Made by a program: the position numbers and the translations under genes. From Gekko japonicus (lineage: Eukaryota): a DNA stretch of 64,000 nt. The stretch lies in NCBI RefSeq assembly GCF_001447785.1, contig NW_015164680.1:793980-857979 (forward strand), read 5' to 3'. A model generated the notes under the pieces. It was given only the letters and a program-made list of their open reading frames with translations, searched no databases and had not been told where the DNA came from. Of the stretch, positions 12,762-25,900 are shown in pieces. How positions within the stretch are numbered: the stretch's first letter is position 1; each line of letters begins with the position of its first letter.

Positions 12762-13811
12762 GCTTGTATGAATACCTTGGCCTTATCCTGTTACATGGTT
12801 ATTGAACTCGGCATTATAAATATTATTATTTTCATATATTTCTTTGTTTACTTTTGTGATTTCAGCCAGCTTTTTTTTGCACTTTGTACCATTTCATGTA
12901 CACTGGTTTCCCCTCCTTTTTTTGTTTTCCTTGAGATCTTTTAAAGCAAAACAGTAATATACTAATTACTAATCTAAAAATCTGGAAAAAGTCCTCCGGG
13001 GTTGGGGGTTGAAAGGGCCACCGTGGGGATGGAGATAGGGGGAAATGGTGCCAATGTCGGTGGGACTGGGAGAATCCAGAGTTTCCTGCCCACTTGTCAG
13101 CTGCCCCAGTTCTGCTGCGATCTGTCCATTGCAGGATTGGGAAGGGTCCCAAAGTGATGGGGGAGGGAATCAAGTAGGTGCAGGATTGCACCGTGATTCT
13201 GAGGGAAGCAGGGACAAAACATACGTCCCCAGTTGCATCAGTGCTGGGGTGTACTGGTTCCTTTGGGAGGAGTGGCTGAGCACTGTGATTGATGCAACCG
13301 TGTGCTCCATCTCAGCTGTGAGACCACACCCAGCAGTCTGCAGGTAGCCAGCCAAGTGGCCAATTTCAAGCCTGAGCAGAGGGGAGTTCTGGGGTTGCTT
13401 CCTCATAATTCCTTGGGACAGGCGTCTCCTTGTGAAAGAGGAACATAGGATCCCATATGCGACACCACCACATTATGAGTGCCTCTATATGGGTAAGCGT
13501 AAGTTAAGATTGTTGAAACGGAGCACAGCATCCAAGCTTCTTTCAGCGGAATGTATCTGGCCTTACAGTCCGTTCCTAAGCGTACTTACTTGGCTGCAAG
13601 TCCTGTTTTGTTTGCTGAAGCTTCTTTGCCAAAAGAGAATTGTTAGGATTGCAACTTCAACACTTTGATGAATGCTTTCTCCTCCTAGATTTTCCTCTTA
13701 CTTACTTACTTTTTTTTTCCCCAGGAAGAAGAAAGATGACGTAAGCCACATTCCAGCCTTAAGGGCAGAGAGGGCTGGGGGGGGAGTTGGGGTGGGACCA
13801 GAAGGAAAGCT

Positions 13812-13906
13812 ATGCCGGGATCTTTGAGGCGGCCGCCTGCAAACAGGGTCCTTGTGTCGCAGTTCACCCATCACCATGTTGCCGTGTTCCTCCTCACTTT
13901 CTTCAG
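13812..13906 (+). CDS. SLC37A3: SLC37A3 exon 2 coding part (exon 13725-13906): MPGSLRRPPANRVLVSQFTHHHVAVFLLTFF
   Basis: Acceptor tttccccag at 13724; in-frame upstream TGA 13737-13739 fixes the start at ATG 13812; donor AG|gtaggt. Confidence 0.9.
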
Positions 13907-16900
13907 GTAGGTGGCTGTGTTTGATTCTGTCCAAGAGCTGTTGTGTTACGATCTTTGGGGGCAACGTTAATATGCAAGATTGGGAGGGGGTCCCAAGCCC
14001 AAAGTGTGGCAGAGTGATTAGAGTGGCGGGCTAGAATCTGGGGGTAGAGGAGGCAGCTTCAAATCCCCACTCTGCTGTGGAGGGTTGCTGGGTGACCTTG
14101 GGCCAGTCACTCTCTCAGATTAACCCACCTCGCAGGTGTGTCGGGGGGTTAAAATGGAGGAGGGGAGAGCAATGATGTTTGGGGAGGAAAGTGGGGTCTA
14201 ACTGTCCACCTAAGCACAGATTTCTGGCACCTGCCTGGCCTTTTATTCAGTGGTTCTTGCCTGTATCATGGGGGGTTAAAATGGAGGAGGAGAGAGCAAT
14301 GATGTTTGGGGAGAAAAGTGGGGTCTAACTGTCCACCCCTTTTATTCAGTGGTTCTTGCCTGTATCAGTCCAGAACAGATAGCCTTCTGCAAGTGCTTTG
14401 GTGCCTGTGCTGACTCCCCTCCCAGTTGACTTTGCAGTAGACTGGCTGGTCTGGGCAGGTGGTCTGAAAGAGATTCAGAACTCCGTGCTGCGCCCTGAAT
14501 TCTGAGTAGCCCAGGCAAGCCCGATCTTGTCAGATCTCGGAAGTTAAGCAGGGCCGACCCTGCTGAGTATTGGGGTGGGAGACCTGGAAATGCCAGCAGC
14601 AGGAGGCAGGGGCAGGCATTATTCAGCCACCTCTCTGAATAACCTCCAGGATCTCAGTAGGGGTCAGTCACCAGAGGTCACCATGACTTCCAGGTGCGCG
14701 CACACACACACACACATGCACATAAAAATACCCCCAAAATAACATAAAAAAATAACTCAGTGCTACTTTTGTCTTGCATCCTGAAATCCCGGCTGAGCAG
14801 GAAACTGCTGGAAAAGGCTGCCTTAAACAGATCTTGGCAGTGATTCTGAGTGAGAATATTGGCATCTACTTAGGATCACCAATTTGCTGTGTGATATCGG
14901 TGTGGAGAGTGTAGCTTGTGATGAACAGGAATGCTTCCCCCCCCCTCCCGGGAGTGAATTCAGCCGCCCCCCTCTTCCAGCCGCTGCCGGTGGGTTTGGT
15001 TGCAAGAAGGAAAAGCATCCTTCTCTGCCAGGCTGTGAGGTGCCTCTTGGAGTACAGCTGATGATCTCCCCGGTCCAAATCTTGCTTTGGTCCTTTTGGG
15101 GAAGGAGGCGTATTGTTGGCGATGGGGCGCTTGGGTGGATGGGCAGCTGGAAGAGGCTGTTGGAAAGAGGCTGGCTGAATGCTGAGATGGATACTCTCTC
15201 ATCTTGGCCAAATGAATTGTTTGGGAGGGTGGTTTTTTGGGGGTTGAGTTGTTTTTTGTTGTTGCTTTGCCAGGAAACTCCATTCGTTTCTGCCTTGTGC
15301 AGAAAGAGGTGAGATTCTGGGGAGAATGTGTAGTCTCTCCTGGAACCGCTTTTCCTGAAAACCCCTTTACTGGAAACAAAGAGCACCAGGTGTCTCAGAA
15401 AACGAAGCCCTGTTCTGTGCAGTCTGAAGGAACTATCCTGTGTGTGATTTCCATCTCTGCCTCTCTCTTTATTCCCAGCTACTCTCTGCTCCACGCCTCT
15501 AGGAAGACCTTCAGCAATGTCAAGGTCAGCATCTCCAGCCAGTGGACCCCCTCCGACCTTAACGACACGGCCCTTAAACTCCAGCCGTATGAGGTGAGGG
15601 TAACAGGGTTACTGGACAGCTGGAGCTGGGGCCTGACTTCCAGGGGCTGGGGAGCTAGCCAGTAAGCAGGGGAATGACCATTCGGTGCGGACTGAGTATG
15701 TGAAAAGAGCCTTTATGAGTGCCGTTGGGTATGAAATTACTGGTGATGGACAAGAAGACTTTTTCATGTATTGTTTCGAGACTATGGAACCATCTCCACC
15801 TGGAAAGCTGGAGCTTGTCCTGTTTAAATGTGTCTCAAAAGCCTTTTACAAATAATTAATCCTGGTCTTTGACTATGGAATATCAGGGCCGTGGCTCAGT
15901 GGAAGAGCCTCTGCCTTGGTCCCTGGCGTCTCCAGTTAAAAGCACCCATTAGTAATTGATTTGACGGACTTCAGCCCGGAGAGCCACTTCCAGTCTGAAT
16001 AGTCAGTACTGACCTCGATGGACCGATCATCTGATTCAATAGAAGGCAGCTTCAAGAGTATTGTCTTCTAGGTTCTTTTGGGTGGAGGGGCCATGGCTCA
16101 ATGGTAGAACATCTCCTTCGCACGCAGAAGGTCCCAGGTTCAATTCCCCGGCGTCTCCAGTTAGAAGGACCAGGAAGTAGGTGAAGTGAAAGACCTCTAC
16201 CTGAGACCCTGGAGAGCTGCTGCCAGTCTGAGTAGAGAATACTGACCTTGATAGATTAAAGGTCTGGTTAAGTATAAGGAAGCTTCTTGTGTGTTCCATT
16301 TGCCAGTCAGAGACATAGTTGCTGCTTGCCACAGCTGTTGGGGATTATTTGATTCCCTTTACAGTTTGATAACCTTGTTGCGGTCCATTTTGGGAATACC
16401 TCAGTGGAAGAGGTGTTAAAAGGGTTTCGAAACCCGGTAATCTGTGCAGAGCCTCAACCCCCCCGTCCTTTTTCTTGCATCCGGTTGTCGGGGCCGCAAA
16501 GGGGGATGAAGCCGGCCTGATGAAACCCCTCGCCAAGTTTTTATCAATGAACTTTTGGAGTTCATCCTTCTCAGCCCGTCCCATAGCATAGATTCGCCCC
16601 TTAGGCAGTTTTGTCCCCGGCACAATTTTAATGCTGGGGGCGCAATTCATCCGCTTCCTCTTCCCCGAAAACCCTAGCCAAGTCTCGATACTCAGGAGGA
16701 ATGGAGAGCAGTTCCTCTTGGGCTAAGAGCTCTCCCGGGGTCTCGAGAGGGGTTTCCCCCCCACACTTAACGTCCCATCTGTGCTCATGGCATCTGGGAG
16801 AGAAGAATTGCACCCTCCCCTCTTCCCACAGTATATAAGGGTCATGCCCGTGTAGCCAGGGGGCCCCCAATACGAGGGGAAAGCGTGCTGCTGGGGTTAC

Positions 16901-19900
16901 AACAAAGGTTCGGGCTTCCCAGTGATCCCCCGCCTCCATTCTCAGCTATCATCCTGAAACAGGTGGCCCGAGCAATCCACAAACTTTTGCACTCGCACCA
17001 CGAAGTAGGAGAGCTCATCAGGATTCCCGTTGAACGTAGCTTCTATTAAATCCTTCGGGCGCGGCACCACCTGGCCCCGCGGGCTAGCCGGTCTCGGTGC
17101 AGGTATTGGGGCTTCTCCTGGTCTCGGGGCCGGCATGTCACCTGGTTGCGCCGGGGCTCTCGAGGCGGGCGCTGGTGGTCCCGCCGGCACGACTGGGGCA
17201 GCCGGGTGCCTCTCCAGCGCTTCCCCGACCGTTCTCGTTACCAAGTCTGGGATGGCCATGATGACCTCCTCCAGGGTCTGCTGTAGGTGCTGAATGTCAC
17301 GGTCAGCCACCTCCATGTGCTTGGCTAGTTCCAGTCCCTCGTCTGGGGACACCCAGCTACTCCGGGCCTTCGATCGCTCCGTCACCCATGAACTAGCAAC
17401 CGGTTCGAAGGGGGCTCCCAATGGAGGTAATCCCGCCGCAGCGGCGAGGCCCCTGTCATACAAGCTGTCTCTTGGGGGCCCCCCGTCAGTAGATAGGTCT
17501 CTGCCGTTGATTCGGGGTTGAACTGGGTCTGCCACTCTGTCCAGCCCGGTATCTCGGGGCCTGGGGAGTCAGGAACAGATGCGTCGAGGAGTACTTCGGG
17601 ATAGTCCCCCCCACTGCACCGGATAGCGGCGGCGTTGTAGACACTGGTACCGAGGCCGTGGTTACCACATCATCTGGCTCCTTGGGCTCATCCGGTTCTG
17701 TAGGCAAGGGTTTCCCCTCTCTGTCGCTCATCTCGGGTTGAGAGAGGCGCTGAGATAGGGAATGAAAGGATTCCTAACGGAATGTCGGGATCCACAGCAA
17801 GACAATGAAGTACACGCTTCTAGGAAGGTTTTACTTTTATTGAAAAGCTATAGATGCAGTAACATGAACACTGTTAGGAATGGCGGGGTACCTATGTGCA
17901 TAATAGGATATAGGGCTTTTGTATGCACCCCCCCACGTAGTGCCCAATTAGATGGGCTCCCGTGCGCGGGCATTTGGCAGATTTCTAACGGCTGTAGAAG
18001 CTGGGAACGTAAGAAGCTTCCCACAAAATCTAGACACACCAACTCCTCCACTGGCCTTGAGAGATATGCGTTACAGCAAAGAAGCAATTAAGCGCATGGG
18101 AAGGAATGCACAGCAATTAGAAACATACAGCACACTCACGGCAGCATAGCTGACAGTAGTAACCTTGAGTCAGTTAAACATTTACTCCGGTAAAACAGTG
18201 GTTGTGTGTCGCTGTGAGAGAGGGGAAAGGAAACCGGCTGCCTTCTGTACATCTTGCCTTCTAGGATTCTTTCCAGCTCTCTAGGGACTGGAGTTCCCTT
18301 TGAAAAGAAACAAGCGAGGCGGACAAGGCGTGAACAAGGCTGGCTGGCGTGGGAGAGGGCACTGAACAGAGTGGCAACCCCAGCACAGGGATGCCCAGAG
18401 CCGGAAGGCGAGTGGGTGTCTCAGGCTGTGGGTCAGGGCCAGTCTGGGGCCACGGGGAAGCTGGGATGGAACTAAAGCAAATGGCCCTGCTGCACCCTGC
18501 GGAGGGATAGGGGCCTGTTGAGGCTCCTCGGGAAGGCTGTGAAGAGGAATACAGGGACTTGTACTACTGTTCCAGTCCGTTTGGGTTGGGCGATGGACTC
18601 CTGCGGCTATACTGGCCCCTCTGTCCTAGGTTTGGTCGCAAATTTGAACTCATCTTGTCAGACCATTCCTCCATCCAGCTTAGTGTGGTGAGCTCTGGCT
18701 GCCAGTGGTTCTCCAAGGGCTCTGGCAAAGAGAGGATTTCCCCAGCACCTGTTGCAGGAAATCCTTATGACATGCCAGGGCTGGAACCTGGGAACCTCCC
18801 TGAGAACAAGGCTTGCGCTCTACCACTGAGCCACATCCCTTTCAGTGAACAGTTCTATAAATGCTTCATGTGATGGTTCAGGTGGGGTAGCCATGTTGGT
18901 CTGAAGCAACAGAACAAAGTTTGAGTCCACCGGCACCTTTAAGACCCACAAAGTTTATACCCAGAATTAAACTTTGTAGCTCTTAAAGGTGCCACTGGAC
19001 TCAAACTTTGTCATATTATTGTTGTATTTGCAAGGCAAGTTGCTTCATGTCTTGAATACTCACAACATGGAACTGTGGTTGATTCGTGCTTTTCATATTC
19101 ATAAAAACATTTTTTTTAAAGAGCAAACGACGCCTTAACCCAACACTCTGAGCTGTGCCTGTTATCGAAACCAAAGTGCAAAGAGGACTGCCCTCTAGTG
19201 GCAGGAGTCAGAGTTGCAGCAGTGGCTTTGTTTTGCTGATGAATATGCTCTAGTATTCGGTGACTGGCTGGTCTCTTGGTGAGGGCCACACGTCCACATT
19301 GAAGTGATGAAGCTGCCATTTCTGTCCCCCCTTAGTGGTCCGTACAGCAGTGTGAAGGTAGCTTATTCTGTCAGCAAATCTACAGTCCAACAGCTTTATT
19401 AGTTCTGTTTCTTCTCCCCGCAGCTATGGAACAGCAGCCATTTATTTCCTAACACCGGAGAAGCCACTCTCTTCCTTGGGACGCTGGACACCATCTTCCT
19501 GTTCTCCTATGCTGTGGTGGGTAGAACTTCTTTCCATACAAAGCCCAGGAGTGAAGACCAAGCCCACAAAGCGGGGGAATTCTTCCTTTTGTTACAAGTG
19601 GGGTTTTGTGCATCTCCAACCAGTGGAGCCCAGGAAACCTCATGGGATTGGCTGTGGGCTTGGCCTGCGACCCCAGAATATCAGAGCAGCCTTCGTGACT
19701 GTGTGGACGAACATCTGATAGGACAATTGAACAGAGGTGGACTGCTGGGGCCAGAGTAGGGGAGCTCAGAAGAGTTTTAGAGGGATCGAAATGGCCTTGG
19801 GATCTGAGCTGTTGCCCAAAATGATAGAACCAGCGTGGTGGTGTCGTTAGAACCCCGTTCAGCTGTGAAAGCTCACTTGGGCAATCGGTGCTCTGTCTCT

Positions 19901-22900
19901 GTTTATTGACATCCCTGATACCCCTGCCTTTCTCCCCAGTGGGGACCCAAAGCGCACCATTCTCCTCTCCTTCATTATATCCTCACAGCAACCCTGAGAA
20001 TCAGACTGAGAGTGTGCATGGCTGGTCCAAGGTCACCCAGCAAACTTCTAGGGTAGAGTGGGTGTTCAAATTGGGTCTCCCAGACCCTATTCCAATACTC
20101 TAACCCGGTAGTGTTAACTCTGTAGCTCACAGAGCGCTACATTGGGAATTACCATCCACTGCAGTTTGGTGTAGTGGTTAAGTGCGTGGACTCTAATCTG
20201 GGAGAACCGGGATTGATTCCCCACTCCTCCACTTGCAGCTGCTGGATGACCTTGGGCAAGCCATTGTTCTGTCAGAGCTGTTCTCTCAAGGACAGTTCTC
20301 TCAGAGCTCTCTCAGCCCCATCTATATCACAGGGTGTTTGTTGTGGGGAGGGGAAGGGAAATGGGTTTGTAAGCTGCTCTGAGTGAAGGGCAGGGTATAA
20401 ATCCAATCTCTTCTTCTTCTTCCGTCCCTGGCATGAGGCCTCTGGGAGGCTGGCAACTCACCTGCGCCTCCAGCAGCAGCTGTTTCAAGATGAGAACCAC
20501 CTGCCGACCATGAGCTCCATTGGGCAAGGGTCTTGCCTGCTTTCCTGAAACATGGGGCAGGTGCCATATTGGGAAACAGTGCCCAGGAGAGCCACCGGTG
20601 GAATATCAAAAGACACACGTGGCTCCTGAGCCACTGTGAGTGTGACTGCTCTAACCACTTCGCCATGCTGTCTCTCATATGGTGTGGATAAAATGTGGGC
20701 AGGAGGTTGGGTATGGTGCCCTGAGTTCCTAGGAGATATAACACAGATATAATTTGATGGTTCCTGGTTCTAAAGGGCTGGAAGCGGGGCTGTGCAAGTT
20801 CTGCTCATGTTGTGTTTTCAATATAAAACTTGCAGTGGATTCTTCAGATACCTTTTTAATGACTGACGTCTTTTCTTACGCATTAGTATTGTTCTCCCTT
20901 AGTTGGAATGGTAGGCTGTCAATGTTTCAGTGTTAATAGTTCAAAGAAACATTTCTTCTTGTTTCTAGCGTTTATTTTTGTCTATGTTAAGCTTTTCCTT
21001 TTCTCAGTACCATTTTTGCATGGTGATTTCCCGCTCCCATGCCCCAGTTAATCCTTGCAATAGGTCTTTGAGGTTGGTTTTGCTGAGAGACAGTGATTGG
21101 CACAGTCAACTTTATAGTTGGGCAGGGATAAATCTGTCTGGCACATGTTTATCCCACCCCTCCTGCAAAGAGCTTGGAACGACAGTATGCGATTCTCTGT
21201 TTTTACCCTCACAACAGCGCTGTGAGGTAGGCTTGACTGAGAGTGTGTGGCTGGCTCAATGTCACCTGATGAAATTCCGTGGCATAGTGGGGACTTCAGC
21301 CTGTATCTCCCAGGTCCCAGTCCAACACTAGAATTGCTGCCTCACGTAGGCTCAGAGAAAAACCAGGCCTTGAGAAGAAATGTGGGTCTTTCGCACAGCC
21401 CTAAACAAAGACGTGAGTTTAATCAGTTGCTTCATGTTGGCTTGTGTGGAACGAAGGCACCAAAGAGTTAAAGACTAAATTTCATTATGGCATAAGCTTT
21501 CATGGCCAGAATCAGTTTCGCCAGTGGCTTGAATGCTAAAATACAGTGGTGTATATATATTTTTTGTAGGGGCTCTTTGTCAGCGGGATCGTTGGGGATC
21601 GTCTGAATATGCGCCTGGTCCTCTCGTTTGGCATGTGCTCCTCTGCGTTAGTGGTAAGTTGGGAGACCTTCCCTCTGTCCACGTGGAGAACAGATTGGTA
21701 GCCCCTAAGCACCCTTTTTTATTTTGGGGAAGAATTTCTTTAGCGTTGTATTTGAATAGACTAGAAACCAGTGTTTTTAAAAGAAAAACCTATGTTTCTC
21801 AGTATTCTAACATAACAACATAGGGCCCACGTAAGAGTCTTTATGATTTTCGTGTTGCTGATTGCATCTGCTGGTCAAGAGAAATCCATAGTTTGTACAA
21901 TACCCCTGAATGTACCCATGTTTTTAGACAGTTACGTTTGAGTTGGTTAAACGGAACCAGCTAATACACAAGTTGGCCGCTTTACTTGAGTACACCATGC
22001 CTGTTTCTTTCTTGCTTTTCTATTTACCTTTTTTGCTGAGATCCAAGGAGAATTACAGCTAAAAACAAAGCAGAAAGAAGAGTATCCGTACCACTCCATT
22101 GTGATTGGGAAGAAATGTACTAAAACACATCATAATACATGCAGTAAAGCAGGAGTTACAAGACTGGAGAGCCAATGCAGTGAAATATTACATACAACGT
22201 TCCATGTAATAGCACAGATCACAGAATGAGAAAACAATGGAATAGACATGGCCTGATACATGCAGTGAAGACTGCCTTTAACTTCACTGACACGAACAGT
22301 AACCTTATTGTTCAGGCAGGCTTTTGAAAATCTACTGTGGCCTTTCTGTTGTGCAGTGAGACTTTTTTGACTTCTTCAAAGTGAAAGCTGATTCAGCTGG
22401 TAGTTTTCACCTAGGAAATGTTGGGGGTTCCCCCCATCCAAGTGTGTAGTAGGGTTGCCAGGTACCCCTTGGCCACTGGCAGGGGATGGGAGAGTAGGGT
22501 TGCCAGCTCCAGGTTGGGAAACTCCTGGAGATTTGGGGGTGGAGCCTGAGGAAGGATAGGAACCTCAGTGGGGTACAATGCCATAGAATCCACCCTCCAA
22601 AGCAGCCATTTTCTCCAGGGGAACTGATCTCTATAGTCTAGAGATGAGCTGTAATTCCAGGGGATCCCCAGGTCCCACCTGGAGGCTGGCATCCTTAGTG
22701 TGTAGGTAGTGGTATGACTTTCAAAATGATCCAAAGGGATTCTGGGAGTTAGCTGCTAGGGCTTATCGTCATCTGTATGACAGCCCCTGTTCCAGGTATT
22801 TCTAGGTTTGAAGGCATTTTAATTCTCATTCCTCCTTCCCCTTCTGTTTTCACTTAGTATCCCCCAAAATCTTGTCCTTAGTCAAGGCTTATGAGAGAAC

Positions 22901-25900
22901 CGCTTTCTTGCTGAGCAAGAATTGCCTCAAGCTGACCAGGCCAAGGAAGTTCTTGCAAAACGTTGTGCTGCCTAATTTTCTTTTAAGCCATCAATGATGA
23001 GTACAGGTATGCTCAGGCGAGCCGGACTAGTAACAAGTGGGCTTATATTGCAAAGCTGCCTTAAAACCTGGTGTTTACAGTGCCCCTTTCTTTCTGTCCA
23101 GGTGTTTGTCTTTGGGACGGTCTCGGAATGGCTGCATTTCTACCACAAGTGGTTCTACTGCTGCCTGTGGATTGTGAATGGCTTGCTGCAGTCCACTGGC
23201 TGGCCCTGCGTGGTGGCTGTCATGGGAAAGTGGTTCGGCAAAGCTGGGTATGTTGAGCGCCATCACCCACCTTTTTATTATTTTATCTTTCCTGTGTGTG
23301 TGTGTGTGTATGTATATATATGCATGTGAGACATTTTATTATCTTACTCCCTTTCTCGGTAACGTCCCTGAACTAACAACTTTGGTGCGCCTGGTCAAGG
23401 GAAGCGACCCATGAAGGGTTAACTGCTGATGCGTCTCCTGTTGTGGAGGAAGGAAAGAATGCAGTGGAAATCTTCCCTTCTCAGCACTCACCAGACCTGC
23501 TTCTGTCTCTGTCTTTTGCTGCCCAGGAGGGGTTTTGTGTTTGGCCTCTGGAGCGCCTGCGCATCGGTTGGCAACATCCTGGGAGCGTTCCTTGCATCCT
23601 CGGTTCTGCAGTACGGCTATGAGGTGGGTGGAGCTGCCTGCCACGCCCCTTCTGCACGGATAGGGACTGGCTGCATTCAGTAGTTACTTAGCATTCTTTG
23701 TGAAGGGGAAAATACACTAAGAAGTTGTGTTATGACAACAAAAGCTGTGTGGTGCGTGTATCGTGCCTGCTTTTCTAATGCTCTTGAGATTTTTCGTATG
23801 TGGCTGTTTGGAAGGAATCTGCACAACAGTTTCTGCTGTGTAGAAAGGCCTGGCATTTTTGCGAAGGAGGCCTCAACCACTTATTTTAAGATGAGGTTCC
23901 AAAGAGCCATGCATAAGAGATGCGTCTGTGCTTCTCTTCCCACTCCAGTATGCATTCTTGGTGACGGCATCGGTACAGTTTGCTGGTGGAGTTATTGTCT
24001 TCTTTGGCCTTGTGACGTCTCCCAAAGAAGTAGGTGAGTGAGAACAGATGACTTGGCTTCTCTCCCAACAAGCCAGCCTTCCAATACTTGATTGTTCCTC
24101 AGCTTGCTGTGCCCCCCAGCTCCTATTGCTGTGAAATGTGTTGTTTTGACAGTCAGTGTGGCACAGTAGTTCATGAGAAGTTCAAGGGCTTTGGGAGACT
24201 ACTCACCTGGTAATCTTGCACAAGTCGCCACCTCATGGAGTTACTCAGGGCCTAATCTTCAAGTTCTTGACAGAACAGCGCAGTGTAAATGTGAAAAGCT
24301 TCAAGCCCCATTCTTTATTTGCCACTTAGAGCAGTGGGACTGTTTCCCTGGCCAAGAATATCGGGCCAGTTCATAAATCTTATGTTTTCTTTCCCCCTGT
24401 GTGTTCCCAGCTCTCCCCAGAGATGCATTTGGCACAGACAGCCTGTCATGGCTACGGCCAAAGTACATCAGAGGCACTGGCTGTGATTGTAGCCATGGGG
24501 GGGGGGGGAGGGAATGTTTCCACAGTCATAAGAACATCAGAGATGCCAATGCTGGATCAGGCCAATGGCCCATCCAGTCCAACACTCTGTATCACACAGT
24601 GGCCAGAAATACCAGTGCCATCAGAAGGTTCACCAGTGGGGCCAGGACATTAGAAGCCCTCCCACTGTTGACCCCCCCAAGCACCAAGAAGACAGAGCAT
24701 CACTTGCCCCAGAGCCTCTATCTATACCTTGTGGCTAATAGCCACTGATGGACCGCTGCTCCATATGCCTACCTAATTCCCTTTTGAAGCCGTCCATGCT
24801 TGTAGCCGCCACCACTTCCTGTCACAGAAACTACTTCCAGAGACGCTGCAGTGAGACCCAGGTTGTGCACGTTCTGTTTGTAAATGCATTCTTGAGGCTG
24901 AGGCGCACGTTAGCGTCTCTGTGCAGATGCCTTCCCTGGGCCAGTTGGAACGCCCTGCACACAGGAAGAAGACTCTAAACAATCAAATTAGCACTTAGTA
25001 CTTAGTAAGTGTCGAGAGGGCTCCATAATCCTTACAACAGCCCTGTACAACAAACCCGTGGTGAAGAAAGAATAGCTAGCCTGTGGCCACTCTTGATGAA
25101 TTTTGTGGACGAGGTGAGATTTCGCTGCCTCCCAGATCACAGTTCACTTTTTTAGCTGCTGTGTTTCACCGGTTCCAAAACGGGTTTCCTTTCTCAGCTG
25201 GCTCCCGTGTTAAGAATGCTGGCTCCAGCAGGCCACCGGCTTAGCTTGAAGCCTGGTCCCTGTTGATGCTCATGAGAACAGTAAGCTCATGCTGTGTCCC
25301 TTCATCAGAACAATGTTGGTGGCTGAGGTTGTAATCTAAAATTAAATACCTCGTTTTGCATTTGCTCTGTGCGGGCATACGAGCTTAACTTCAGTGCACA
25401 TTTCCTCAGATCCTTATGTGCTAGTCTTGTGCGTTCTCTGTACCACCCAGCATTGCCCACGTAAGGGACTGGCTGATATTGGCACACCCACCCTGGAAAT
25501 GAAAAATGAGAAAAGAGCCCTTGGTTTTCTTAGGGGCTCTTCTTCAAGCTTAGCTTTGAGCTAGCTGGTTTGTGTGCACGCTTTTAGAAAATTCTTTCTT
25601 CTTCCAGTTTGGTGTAGTGGTTAAGTGTGCGGACTCTAATCTGGGAGAACCGGGTTTGATTCCCCACTCCGCCACTTGCAGCTGCTGGATGACCTTGGGC
25701 AAGCCATAGTTCTGTCAGAGCTGTTCTCTCAAGGACAGTTCTGGAAAGAGCTCTCTCAGCCCCACCTGTTGTGGGGAGGGGAAGGGAAAGGAGATTGTAA
25801 GACGCTCTGAGACTCTGAGTGAAAGGCGGGGTATAAATCCAATCTCTTTCTCCTCCTTCGTCTTCTTAGTCTGTTCTAATGGTCCTCAAATATGCATTCA

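Noticed and set aside
14823-15494. 223-aa minus-strand ORF and overlapping ORFs
   Set aside because: No recognisable domain; intronic, low-information composition
16088-16160. tRNA gene
   Set aside because: tRNA-like head continues into a repeated SINE body; stems are broken
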